In this document: piece by piece, positions 13,560 to 26,299 of the stretch | Position numbering within the stretch: the first letter of the stretch is position 1 | Layout of the letters: each line of letters begins with the position of its first letter | Source: Octopus bimaculoides | Taxonomy: Eukaryota | Length of the DNA stretch: 64,000 bases | Direction: 5' to 3' | Assembly (NCBI RefSeq): GCF_001194135.2 | Contig: NC_068995.1 | Location: forward strand, 33,776,458 to 33,840,457 | The notes under the pieces: model-generated | The model's input: the letters and a program-made list of their open reading frames with translations, nothing else | The model's database searches: none | Told to the model about the DNA's origin: nothing | Position numbers and translations under genes: made by a program

Positions 13560-13667
13560 CTACAAAGAAAAACAAAGAAAGTAAAAGAATTTAAATATTG
13601 AAATGGGTGTATATGCATGAGCACACATACGTTACATATATTTTATTACATACACATTATATATATA

Positions 13668-14367
13668 CAGGGTGTCTGGACTAAATGTGACAATTTTTTT
13701 TTTTTGATGCCTCCTTTTTTCAGGAACAACCTGATGTATTTGTGAACACTCAATGGCGTTGGGGAGCACAAAGACTACGGCTATAGTTGAGAAAAAGTTA
13801 GCCGAGATGGAGGATTGGAAGCCACCTAAATACTGGAAAAGAGTTACCTGTATCATGATGATTCACATTGGGTGCCAAAATGCCAACATCATGACTGCTG
13901 ATCACTGCTCTGTGAATACTGTAAAGGCTGTAAGACAAGACATGGACAGCTGCAACAGGGACTATGGAGAAGGTTGCTGCTGGAAGGCTGTATGTGTGGC
14001 AGCAGGATTCAGTTCCTTGCCATACTTTTGTTAACAGTCAAAAGTTGTTGTAAGAATTTCTACAACTTTACCAGCCCTAATTTCTGACCTCCTATTTTCC
14101 CTGATTGTAATCCCATGGATTACTATGTGTAGGATGCTGTTGAGAAAGACACCAACTGCTCTGCCAGCCACAGCAAGGCCAAGCTGGTGGCTAAGTTCAA
14201 GGTGGTGTTTAAAAATCTTCTTAGGGAGGGATACAGTAATAAATGCACATGCCAGGTTCCAGAATCATCTAGTTGATATTTAAAAAAAAAAAAAAAAAAA
14301 ACTTTCATTTTTGGATGGGATATTGTGTTTTCTATCCTTTTTATGGAAAAGCAGCTCAAACACCCTG
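13668..14367 (+). mobile_element. Internally deleted Tc1/mariner element with TIRs and TA target duplication
   Basis: TA|CAGGGTGT...ACACCCTG|TA. N-terminal HTH-like remnant KYWKRVTCIMMIH...SVNTVKAVR; C-terminal remnant resembling WPPNSPDCNPMDYYV...VEKDTN; the central DDE region is missing. Confidence 0.8.
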
Positions 14368-14479
14368 TATAATACATGTCCTCAACATAGAAACAGTACT
14401 ACACTACAAAAACTGGCATTTCTCTTCAGAACCAGATAAAACTTTACCTCCACTTCAACACTGATAACTTGCTAAAAAG

Positions 14480-14835
14480 CCCAGGTTTGGACCCATAATG
14501 GAGTATTGCATCCAATGGCTGCATAACAAATTGGTATAAAGCTATTCACAAAGACACATCAATCTCTGGCCCACAGACCTGTTGTCTCTTCTCCCTGCCT
14601 TTCCTACAATTACTAGCGACTTTCAGTCTTTTTGAACCAGCTTTTATAGCACATCAGCCACTCTCAACCCAGTTGTTTCTCTTCCTTAACCCTATTGTGT
14701 CCGTCCCACTCCAACAAGTCCAGTCCTTTCTTCTCGCATGACCACACCACCACAATTTCCACCTTGTATCTGTAGATTTGCAATAGTCCAACCAGAACAT
14801 TAACAGTATCAATTTCAGTTTTGTAAAACCTACAA
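14480..14835 (-). mobile_element. RTE-type LINE C-terminal remnant
   Basis: LWWCGHARRKD resembles the RTE LRWFGHV.R motif. Confidence 0.5.
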
Positions 14836-15098
14836 AGGCCATGGGTATATACCCTTCCTCTAAACCAAATCAATGCAAGAAAACAAAAACGACAACAAAA
14901 AGAAACAACATAAACATGCATGCATATATATACATATACATGCAAAGGCATACACATGCATACACTCAGATACACATTTTACATGATGTAGAATTCATCA
15001 AAAAACCCAGGTATTTTTCCCCCTTTCCTCACTGACAATTGTTACACTTCTGACAAGACCAACATTAGTTTTGGTCAACACCATGAAAATTTTGCTGA

Positions 15099-15140
15099 CA
15101 TAGATCACTGTCCAGTCTCTCATATGTAAAAAAAAGAGAA

Positions 15141-15182
<42 letters not shown>

Positions 15183-15278
15183 AAATGGGACCCCACTGGT
15201 CATTATGAGAAATTGAGCCACACGCTTGCTGATCACCTCTGGCAATAGACATCTCAGGAGCTGGGACAGTGATCTATG
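15099..15278. mobile_element. Small MITE-like element with 15-bp perfect terminal inverted repeat and an internal poly-A run
   Basis: CATAGATCACTGTCC ... GGACAGTGATCTATG; no TSD recognised. Confidence 0.45.
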
Positions 15279-15305
15279 AGTATACTTGTTTTCTTTCATT
15301 TGTAA

Positions 15306-15343
<38 letters not shown>

Positions 15344-15519
15344 CAGATAAAGGGCTGGTGACTCGAAGGGCATCCAGCTATAGGAAATCTCTCTCCATAA
15401 AATTCCATTGAACCCATGCAAACATGGAAAAGTCGACATTAAAATGGTGATATGAATTTAATTATCTTTTTGGAATAATTATAACTTTTTATATGATAAA
15501 AAGACAATGAAAAGCAATA

Positions 15520-15850
15520 AGAAAAGAACAATATCAATGATGTGAGCAAGTCATTAAGTGGTAACGATGTGCAAAGTCTAAGAATATATCTCAATTTTTT
15601 AGTATCAAACAGTGAATAATATAGTCAAGAAGTGGTTTGAAGAAGAGAATAGTGAAATGAAGAAACCTGAGGGGCTGCAGAAAGTTTGTGAGAGGACAAA
15701 GAAAGCTGTTATAAAACACTGACATGTCACTATTAGAGAAGTTGCAAATTCTATGGATATTTCACCATATTGCATAAGAACAATATAGAAAGATCTTGAG
15801 TAACAAAGAAAGAAGGCAATATTTTCAAAAGCTGGCGAGATGAAAAGGTT
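15520..15850 (+). mobile_element. Decayed mariner transposase N-terminal (HTH) remnant
   Basis: VKKWFEE... and VTIREVANSMDISPYCIRTI resemble mariner HTH2. Confidence 0.45.
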
Positions 15851-16081
15851 CAAATGGGTTAAGGAGTTCTGCAACAAGGAAGAAACATTTTATTTTGTCA
15901 ATAAAACGTGATGAAAGCAAATTCTGTCAACTTTCCATTTTAAGAGGTAACAAAACTGAAACATATCAGATTGTTTGTAGGGAACAGATAAACATTCGGG
16001 GAGGTGGGAGGAGTTGAAACTATTGTATGTGTTGCAAATGGTAAGTTAAAACTCAATTTGGTTTTAAAAAATCATTTAAAT

Positions 16082-16373
16082 CAGGGGTTCTCGACCATTT
16101 TTTTAATCTATAAACCCCTTTGATGGCTATTCTATTCTGGTGGACCCCTATAGTCATATGAGGTTTTAAAACTAGTCTTATAGATACTTCTTTTAAATTC
16201 CTATTTTGTTTTTCACACATTAACTTGTGTAGGTTGAACTATGTAAAATATTAGAGAAAGAAACCTAGTTGTTAGTGGATTTCCCAATTTACTATTTTGT
16301 TGCATGGATCCCCCTGCCCCTAAATCTTATATGGATCCTCAGGGGCCATATGGGCTCTGGTTGAGAACCACTA
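16082..16373 (+). mobile_element. hAT-type MITE (CAGKGGTTCTCAACC family)
   Basis: CAGGGGTTCTCGACC ... GGTTGAGAACCACTA; related to the copies at 28576 and about 59365. Confidence 0.7.
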
Positions 16374-16429
16374 ATATTAAATTGTCAAGATACTATTACC
16401 CATCTATTCCAATCAGTAGGAACTGATAA

Positions 16430-16720
16430 GAAGACTAATCTTTTTCAAGAAGCTGGAACTGCATGTCATACAAGATAACACAAGTTTGGGGGAAAAACTC
16501 AGGGAATCAAATCTCTAAAACACGTAGTTCAAAGCCCTGATCTTAATCCAATAAAACATATCGGAGCATGCCAAGAGAAGATTGTTGAAAATTACATCAA
16601 TTACAGAGTTGCAAGAAGCATTGGCCAAAGAAAGGATAAACATCATTGTTAATTTAAGTCCATAGCTAATGAAGTGAAAGAACAGGATATTAGTTAAAGG
16701 GTGCTTATAAAATACACAGG
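16430..16720 (+). mobile_element. Tc1 transposase C-terminal remnant
   Basis: FQEAGTACH.. and QSPDLNPIKH (SPDLNPIE motif). Confidence 0.6.
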
Positions 16721-18747
16721 ATCTTTTCTGTTTGGCTGCACCTGTGGAGTTTTAAAGTTTAGTGAAAATTTTAAAATTTGGTGTGTTGATGTAAGTTTCC
16801 ATGCTGAATATCAGGAGATTTAACTTTTTCCAGAAAAATTATTTTAAATAGTTACAGAGGTCAAAAGTTTGAAACTTTTTACCCAGTCTGAAAACAAGAT
16901 TTGGAAGCTGTCATTTTGTGCGTGACAGCATGTGTTCTCAACTGAAAAATGAAATACTGACGGAATTCTGCTTTACGCACAACATATAACCCATCATATT
17001 TTTTTTTGGAGTGTGATTTAAGGTCTATGTAGTTGTTATTTTCAGCACATCTTACAAATGTTTTAAGCATTTAATAAGTGAAAAATGACCATGTGGCTTG
17101 ACAGGACTACTACAGAGGGGTAAGCGGCTTGATAACAGCTTGGCTTGTTACTATGAAAACAGGCACCTTGATGTCTGTAGCTTTTGACTGGCTAAAATTA
17201 CCCAAAATTTGCAAACTTTAAAAGCCATTAACTCTTTATTTATTGATTTATGGCGAAAATGAATTTCATGTCAATGATTACTATTCACAACTATACCAAA
17301 AGTGGAACAAAAATTAAAGAAATTGAAAAGTGGCAGCCATACAAAAAAGATCCAATACTGAGACTAAATTTCATTTTGGATAATTCTTCATGCAGTTCTT
17401 ACAAGTTAAATGAAAAGTGTGTTTTATTACTATGGCATACATGCATGCATGTGTGGGTGAGTGGATGGGCATATACTGTGTGGGACAGTATACAGGGTGT
17501 TGATGTGGATGAATGGTAGGATAGGGGTGGGTGGTACTATTGTTGTCCCTTTCTACTCTTTATTTTTCTTACACAGCAGACTGACTGTACTTCTTACCAT
17601 AAAACTTGACAATCAATAAGCCACAGGTTGTTTAAATCTAATTTATGACCCAGACTTATAACTGATAGTCCATGGTCAATTTTTTTGTCTCCTAGAACAG
17701 TGCTCTGCATAAGTACGCCATGGCACACTGGTGTGCCACAGTGTAACCTGAATATAATCTTTTCCTCCTATACTTTTAGTTATATTTTTAGTCCAGGTGT
17801 GCAGCCAAATTTTGAAAAGAATATAAGTGTACTGCAAGTGACAAAAGGTTGTGGAGCACTGTCCTGCAACATTGTATCACTGGCAAGGTTGCTATTAATT
17901 TGCATAACAGGAATATACATTGAGCTTTTAACACTAGTTATTTATTGCTGAACACTGAAGATGCAGGATTATAAAATGTTTCAACAGCTATATTTAATCA
18001 TGATGGTAATTTGATGAGATGTGTGTAGCCCCTATAAAGCAATAACACACACACATCATCATCAACATTTAATGTCTGTTTTCCATGCTGCTATGATTTG
18101 GACAGCTTGACAGGAACTGGTAAGGCAAAGGGGCCACACCAGATTCCATACTCTGGTTTGGCTTGGTTTCTACACCTGGATGCCCTTCCTAATGCCAATC
18201 ACTTTACAGTGTGCTGGGTGCTTTATACATGACACCATCACCAGTGCCTTTTATGTGGCACTAGCACATCTCTTACTGGTCTCTTCATTCACATTATCAG
18301 TAAGTAGTTCTTGTTGAGTTACTAACTTTAGAGTGGTCAACTTCATAAATTGAAGTATAACAGACAAGACCTTGTTCAGACCATGTACTCTGGTAATCCA
18401 TTCCATATTTTAAAAAATACTTTTTATCTCAGTAATAACATCTGTATTATTATCATTGACCGTTTGAACATTGTTCACCTGATCATGATTTTGTTCAAAT
18501 TCTTTCTTCATATTTTGATTTCATAGCAGATGCCTATGAACATTTTTTCTCACATTTTCGTTCCCAACTAAGCAGTTGTTCAAGTTGCTCATTTTATTTC
18601 ATCAAGGTATTTTCTCTCTAAACTGCAACAAATGTTTGGTTTCCAATCATATCTATAACTTGCTTCTGATTTTGTTCAAATCCAAATTTTTCTTCTGCTA
18701 AAGCTTCAAGCGCTCTTTTAGGTTTCTCCGTGGCTAATTCTGTTACT

Positions 18748-18793
<46 letters not shown>

Positions 18794-19249
18794 AAGAAAA
18801 AAAATCAAGTAACTCTTGAGAACTCAAATGAAGATTGGCTGTGTGGTAAGTTTCTTCCCAACCATATGGTTCCAAGTTCAATCCTGCTGTGTGGCACCTT
18901 CAGTAAGCATCTACTATAGCCTCAGGCAAACTAAAGCCTTGTGAATGGATTTGCTAGATGGAAACTGAAAGAAGCCAGCTGTACATATATTTGCGTACGT
19001 GTAAAAACAGGTCTGGTCAAAGGGAAATAATTCTTTACTTAGAAATAGGCGAGGATTAGTGACACAAAGGGGGTCCAACAAAAGAAAATCTGATCCTCAT
19101 GCAAGCATGGAAAAGTGGTTACTAAAATGATAATGATTGTAATACATCTAGGATAGCAAAAGGAAACCCAATAATGAAAAGAAGAGTGATGGTGTGAGTA
19201 ATTAGGAATTAAAAAAAAACTGAAACAGTCTGACAATGAAGACATTATC

Positions 19250-19400
19250 ATCGTTTAACGTCCACTTTCCATGCTAGCATGGGTTGGACGATTTGACTGA
19301 GGACTGGTGAAACCAGATAACTATACCAGGCTCCAATCTGATTTGGCAGAGTTTCTACAGCTGGATGCCATTCCTAACGCCAACCACTCTGAGAGTGTAA
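19250..19400 (-). mobile_element. RTE 3'-tail copy (young)
   Basis: Reverse complement nearly identical to 37700-37864. Confidence 0.8.
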
Positions 19401-19864
19401 TAATTAAAAGTGATTATATAACATAGAAAGCAATAAGAAACAAGATGTGAAAATTTTTGATAGTACTTCATGTGAGAATGATAGAGAAGCTTCAACTATC
19501 ACACTTACAGTGAATGAACATGTGTATATGTATATACACACACACACACACATATATATATACAGGCATGGTACCTTGGACAAGTGTCTTCAGCTCTAGT
19601 GCTGGATTGGCCAAACTGAAAGAAGCCCACTCTGTGTGTGTGTGTGTTCTTGTCTTGATATCATGTGACAGTTGTAAAACGATTGTCACTGTTATACAAG
19701 CAGTGATGTTCGTTTCCAATATTCAGCGAGAACATGCCTGACCATGGGGAAATAGCATTTTGGAAATAGGTAAGGGTTGGTACCAGGAAGAGCACTTGTA
19801 GAAAATCTGTCTAGGTAAACTCAATCTCACCCATGCAAGCATAGAAAAGTAGACATTAAAATCA

Positions 19865-20200
19865 CACACATGGCTCAGTGGTTAGAGCATCAGGCTCACA
19901 ATCATGCGGCTGTAAGTTTGATTCTCTGACCAGGCTGTATGTTGTGTTCATGATAACACGATTCTTAGATGATTTCATGTTGTTCCAGTTCATTCAGATG
20001 TAGAAATGAGTTCCAACGTCACCGGTGCCAAGTTGTATCAGTCTTTGCCTTTCCCTTGGATAACATCAGTGGCATGGAGAGGGGAGGCTGGTATGTATGG
20101 GCGACTGCAGGTCTTCCATACACAACCTTGCCTGGACTTGTGTGCCTTGGAGGGTAACTTTCTAGGCGCAATTCCATGGTCATTCGTGACTGAAGGGAGT
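19865..20200 (+). mobile_element. tRNA-derived SINE family C
   Basis: TGGCTCAGTGGTTAGAGC A-box, GTTTGATTC B-box-like, followed by the family body. Confidence 0.7.
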
Positions 20201-20916
20201 CTTTTTACAAATACATAGCTACACATATATATATACAAACAGAGAGAGAGATAGAGACTGACTTGCAGTGGAATTGTCTCAAAGTAGTAGAGCAACAGTT
20301 ATTTTAATACCTCATACAATAAAGAAAATTCTAGAAATTATTTCAATAGGTAACATGATTCTTAAATGTCAGTCTTGGCGTGATACACACACATTTAAAA
20401 ATAAAGTCACCTGACAAAAAGTAATAGCTGTATAGCGACAAAGTAAAAGTTGTAGAGTGACATATCAGCTTGATCATCTTTTGAAAGGCATGCAAATAGA
20501 AAACCAAGTTTAAATAATGTTTACTGTGAAATACTACTTATTTACCTACTGATCCGTTTATGTGACAGTATATAATATTACAAGGTGCATTTAAAGAAAA
20601 GTGAAGTGATTAGTAGTGAAAATTAAATTGTGATGCTGATTGACTGTCACCATGACCAGGTCAACAGAATCAGCTATTTTAAATAGTGCCACTATACACA
20701 CTAAGTAGATGATGTGCAATTATTCTGGCTACAGTTTAAAATTTAATGGTTAAAATAGCCACTAAGAAATTATTTCCTTCCCAACCACATGGTTCCAGGT
20801 TCAGTCCAACTGGAACCTTGGGCAAGTGTCTTCTACTATAGTTTGGGCTGACCAAAGCCTTGTGAGTGGATTTGGTAGAAGTCCTCATCCATGCTAGCAT
20901 GGAAGGTGGACGTTAA

Positions 20917-20954
<38 letters not shown>

Positions 20955-23900
20955 ATATATATATCATCATTTAATATCTGTTATCCGTGTTGGCATGGGT
21001 TGGACGGTTTGACAGGGGCTGGCTAGGCAAAAGACTGCACCAGGCTTTGCTGTCTGTTTTGATAGGGTTTATATGGCTGGATGCCTTTCCTTACACCAAC
21101 CAACTTGCAGAGTGGACAGTGTTTTTTTAAGTGGCACCAGCATCGGTGAGGCATTTTAGCATGGTTTTTACAATTGGATGCCCTTCCAAACACCAACTAC
21201 TTTACAGTGAAGACTGGATGTACCAATACTGGCAGGGTCACCAAGTAACCTACAAAACAAAGATCCTTTGAGATGGTGGGGCAATGAAGGAGATGATCTT
21301 CTGCCAGGTGATGAGAGGTAAGAGTATCACAAAAGAATAGAAACAGGTGTCTTGCTGTAGAGGAGATACATGTTTACCCAGTCAGAGGGAGAGAGTGAGA
21401 GTGCAAGAGAGATGGTGGTGATGTGCCAGGACATACTCGCAAGGTACAGGGATCAGAATATAAATAGAATGGTAGAGTAGAGCAAGAGAGGGAGATAGAT
21501 GGTGGAAAGGTGCCAGGACGTACCCGCAAGGTACAGGCGATCGGAATATAAATGGGGTGGTAGAGTATTGCCAAGGGTGTATGAGAAAGGAGTAGTGACT
21601 TCACATGAACGCAAAGAGCGTGGTGGTGAGGAGTGCAGTGATTGGTGAAACATCGTCATATAGAGGTGGTGGGAGGGGGGGGACAACAAGATAACAATGA
21701 TACAGTGAGAGGGGCAGTGACAGGGCTGAAGAGCAAGAGATGCATAAGCACAGTGCATGGAAAAGAGGAAATGTAAGGAAGAGAAAAGATATAGTTTGGT
21801 TTGTTGGAGTTGGGTGTGTGAAATTTTATATATGTGTGTGTGTGTGCCTGTTTTGGTGCCCTGCCACTGCTTGACAACCGATGCTGGTGTGTTAATGACC
21901 TGTAACTTAGTTTGGCAAAACAGCCTGATAGAATTAAGTACCGGGCTTAAAAAAAGCACTGGGGTCGATTCATTCACTAAAAAATTCTCCAAGGCGGTAC
22001 CCCAGCATGGCCGCAGTCTAATGACAGAAACAAGTATAAAAAAAAAAATTAAAAAAAAAAAAAGAAGAATAAATACACAACCATCTAACTCTGAACCAAG
22101 AACCCAAAATATCAGAGTGAAAAAAAAAAAAAAAAGTCTAATTGATTAATTTCAAATTACAAAGATTTCATTTACAGGGCTGTTCATAACATTGCAGTTG
22201 CAGCTTGAAGTACTGCCTGGTGAGCAGTATGTGAAGTGGATTGTGAAAGCGTCAAGGAAATTGTATATCATTACTTTGGTATTTTTGTTTAAAACCATTG
22301 TAATTTTATTGGTGTTGTTTCTTTAATCAGGAGTGGGAGGGTAGGCTGAATAGGATTGAAGAAGAATAAAATAGCTTTAAAGCAAATGTATATAACATTG
22401 GATGATATTCTTGTGTGACTACATTTTCAAAGACACTAATGCAACTCAAGAATAACAAGATTTGCAGTCGGTTACAATGGAAGATTGCTAATTTTGTTTA
22501 CATTCTAGTGCACCATCAATAGCAACAAGCTGTCATTCTTCCAGATGAGGCAGAAAGGAGTGAGTGGAGAGAAAGAAGACAAACGAAACATATGAAAATA
22601 CTAAGTTTCTGAATGTTTAGTAGAAATGCTTGTGGCTAGTGAGAATTAGCTCTATCCAAATCAAAAGGACAGTGTGCTACCATAATTGGAGAGAATCAAA
22701 AATATACGAACCAACTGAGGTAGAACTGGATGAAGAGACTGAGGGAGAGAGAGGCAGAGAGAGAAAGAGAGAGAGAGAAATAGAAAAATCAAGCAGATAT
22801 TTATTCCTAGATATTTCAATTAAACAATAGCAAGCTAGAATCTGAGTTGATAGAATTTAATCACTTAAGATAGGTTTATTATTAAAGACAGCGATTTCGT
22901 AAATTATTTTGAGGGTAGCCAAGAATAAATTTTGTGCTTGTATTTAAATAATTTAATTAGACATGAATCTACCAGTTTACAAATGTAAAGGAAATGTATA
23001 ATTGTGGTATTTGTAACTCTCCCTTATTAAGAGAATTAAGGATTTCTGTCAACATTATATATGTGGGTAGGACTTTAAACTGCATCCATTAGTGAGGTAT
23101 TGGTCAAGAGTTTCAGAGTTTTGAGGATTATAAAACCACCTCTTAACCACTATTGTTCTGAGGTCTACTCTGACCTGAGACAGCAGCGCCTGTCAGGGTT
23201 CCAGCTAAAGGTTAATTAACAAGTCAGTTAAGGAGACGGAACTAATTAACCTGGGGAAGCACCACATCTAGGGGAAGGAAAATTCTGACTCCAAACCCCC
23301 ACTGCTTTGTGACCATACCCAGCCATAGAAAGGCTTTGGGAGTAAACCTTGAGGGAAAATTGGGAGTCGGAGCTAGCCCCTAATGCAGTTCAAGGTTGTC
23401 TACAATCTCATTCTGGCAACTTCTGTGACAACGCTAGAGCCAAACTATAATGGCTGTGCTGTTCTTTTGGATCCATTAGTGACTACGACATTGATGATAT
23501 GGAGAGCAATAGTTACTGATTATAAGTCATCATTACAACACAAACAGCATTAGGACAGTAATCAGGTGTGGCTTGTGTGGAGGAGGCCATTCAAGCATTG
23601 GACTGTCCAGCCACAGATAATGCTGTCCCTGTAAGGTGGACAACTAAGACCATCACCTATGATCACTGAAGACAGACAGAGACCTCAGTATATATGAGAA
23701 AAGGAAAACTCGTAGTAGTTATGTGCTAGATGTAAATAGGTTAACACAACTTTAACACTGATTTAAACATTGTCAAAATATATTCATTTTGATCAATATG
23801 AAATTTAAGTTAAAACAGGTCTTTAAGGGACTTTATATCTGTAGAAGCCATATATATAAGGCAAATATCCAGAAGTAATTACTTTCTGAGGGATCACATT

Positions 23901-24011
23901 AGTGATAAAGTAAGAGAAAGAATTTTGTATTCAAGTCATAATATCTGTACATCATTTATTGACTTCTAACAATTGAGAGAATAATCTAAAAAGGTTCCTT
24001 CTACTCATTAA

Positions 24012-24900
24012 CCCTTTTGTTACTAACCCGGCCGAAAAATTTTTTGGTTCATAAGACTAACACGGCCGTAGCCGGCTAAGCGTACCCATTGTTATTTAAA
24101 TGCATATTTGAACCAAAATCTCGTTAGTACATTCGTTAAAACACCTGATTTCACTTTGCAAACAGTTGAGTTATTGTCTCCGACATTGTTTGGCGTGATA
24201 TTTGAATTCAGTGAATTTTGGAAGATTTTTTTCCACATTTTTTGCGGCGCTAATTTTTTTCAACTTTGAAGATGGAGAGGAGTTTCATGCTATCAAGCAG
24301 TGATTCCGAATTTGAAGGTTTTTCAACAGAAGATATGGAGATATCGAATGAGCGAGCTACAAAAGCACGTGGTGAACGATAATAAATCGGATATTTCTGT
24401 ATCCGAAACTGAAATCAGCGACGGCGACAGCGAGGATGATTTTACACCAGAAAAAGATTTAAAAAATATTTTTATTAACAATTTTTCTGAGGAAACAGGG
24501 TCAACCCATAGTCTTTCTCAGGAAGCGAAACCTTTAGACTTCTTTTTCATGCTTGTTTGAAATGATTACTGCGGAAACAAACCGTTACGCAGAATGTAAA
24601 CAAACCGGATAAAAAAGATAGCTTGCGGTTTCCTGCAACTGTAGATGAAATACGGGNNNNNNNNNNNNNNNNNNNNNNNNNNNNNNNNNNNNNNNNNNNN
24701 NNNNNNNNNNNNNNNNNNATTATGGGTATTAGTTACCCAGAATAACAAATTACTGGAGCGATCAGGAACCTTTTAGTGATGAATATATTTCCAGTATTAT
24801 GAACGAGTACGATTCGTGAAGCTGAACCAATATTTACATGTGAGAGACACTAGCAGTACACCCACCCAACCAGTACGTGGAGAACTTTGAGACAAAAATT
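24012..24900 (+). mobile_element. piggyBac-like element: 5' end and disrupted transposase N-terminal part (spans a gap)
   Basis: TTAA|CCCTTTTGTTAC start; acidic N-terminus; PLDFF, ETNRYAE, TVDEIR, IMGI..LPRITNYWS and LNQYLHV remnants typical of PGBD transposases; frameshifts and stops; 3'-truncated. Confidence 0.8.
24657..24718. other. Assembly gap
   Basis: Run of n. Confidence 1.
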
Positions 24901-25384
24901 ATGCAATAGAATTGATTAAGAACCCTTTCTTTAATTATGTTCCAAATATCACATTAATATGTTGATAAATAAAAAAGTTACAGGTGTTTAATGAGACTAG
25001 TCTAAATTCATGATTATTTTAGAATTTAATTGAAACTCATGAGGGGTGTATTTTGGTCAGAAATATAGTAACGAAAGGGTCAAAGAACTTCAATAATCTT
25101 TTTGTCTTCAAAAATATTTTAGTCATAGTATTTGTGACTGTAGTGATTTTGACAGTTTTATTGTCTGGGTGCTCTGTCCATTATTAACCACTTTATAGAA
25201 TGGCCTGAGTGCATTTTATTGTGCCACTAGCACTAGAAAGGTTGTCAAAACTAAAGCAGACTCTTTATACCAAGTTACTTTTTTTTATTCTGAGTTATTG
25301 CAATTCTAAAGGGTTACCTTTTTAGTAGAAAGTGGGTTATACATCTTTAGATGTATACCTGACTTTCCTACTATAAAATTAGAA

Positions 25385-25666
25385 TATAACGGAACGCTGA
25401 ACTCCAGACTATCAACTTAAACAACACTTTATTTAGGTGGTAAATATATGTATCTTTAATTCTTGTTGTTACAGCTTCTGTGTGTGTGAGCATAGTTGTT
25501 TGGACGTGGGTATGTAGTTGCAAGCGAGCTGTCGAGCGTAAGTCCGAAAGATGTAGAGAGACAGCTTAACACGTCCATTGCTCATGGTCGGCAGACCGTA
25601 AAAGAGATAGAATTAAGCGGGAACGCTTGCTTGTTTAATTCCACGCATGCGCACGGCGTTACTACA
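25385..25666 (-). mobile_element. Possible solo LTR (CpG-rich 282-bp island)
   Basis: On the minus strand it starts TGTAGTAACG and ends CGTTATA, with AATAAAGTGTTG about 45 nt from the end. No TSD found. Confidence 0.35.
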
Positions 25667-26149
25667 CCTTCACTATGGCTTTCTCAGTATATACTTTCCT
25701 CCAGCAGTTTCTAACTCTCCCTTCTGTGTATGCGTTATCATCATTGTCCTCATTTCATGCCTGCTCCACTCTACTGAATGGTCCATGTCAACTTGTACAA
25801 AGAAAAGAAAACTGACCAATGTTCGTACTGTCCTCCAGTGCGGACTGAGTGTATTTTATTGTTCCACCAGCACCAGGGAGAACCAAATCATCCCCTTCAA
25901 CCTGCACCAGTACCCACTTGGAGTAATTGTCTTTCTCAATAGGTTACCTGCTACATAGCTTCTGAGGATTATATTTCACTCCTTCATTTCAGCCAAGCAT
26001 ACCCTCTAAAGCTGGATGTTGACATATCTAATCTATCAATTAGATGTGTTAGGCATATCAGTAGAGAAATTACATATTTGTAATTACAAGTAATGATATT
26101 ATCTGTGTAATTGGTAAAAATGGTTTAACAGTTGGGTCCTGGTACTGAC

Positions 26150-26188
26150 CAAATGAAGATGAAAAGAAGAGAGTTTGTTAATCTTCAT
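26150..26188 (-). CDS. Candidate 39-nt symmetric exon (MKINKLSSFHLHL)
   Basis: TACATTGGTTTCAG| acceptor and TTG|GTCAGT donor; only phase 0 is open and it is compatible with the terminal exon. Could be a chance splice pair. Confidence 0.25.
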
Positions 26189-26299
26189 CTGAAACCAATG
26201 TACTTAAAAAGCTTAATATAGGTAAAATTGATGCCTTCACAAATTACAAGGACTCAGAATGATGAGCATAATCTTACTTTCTGTAGTATCCAAGTGGAT

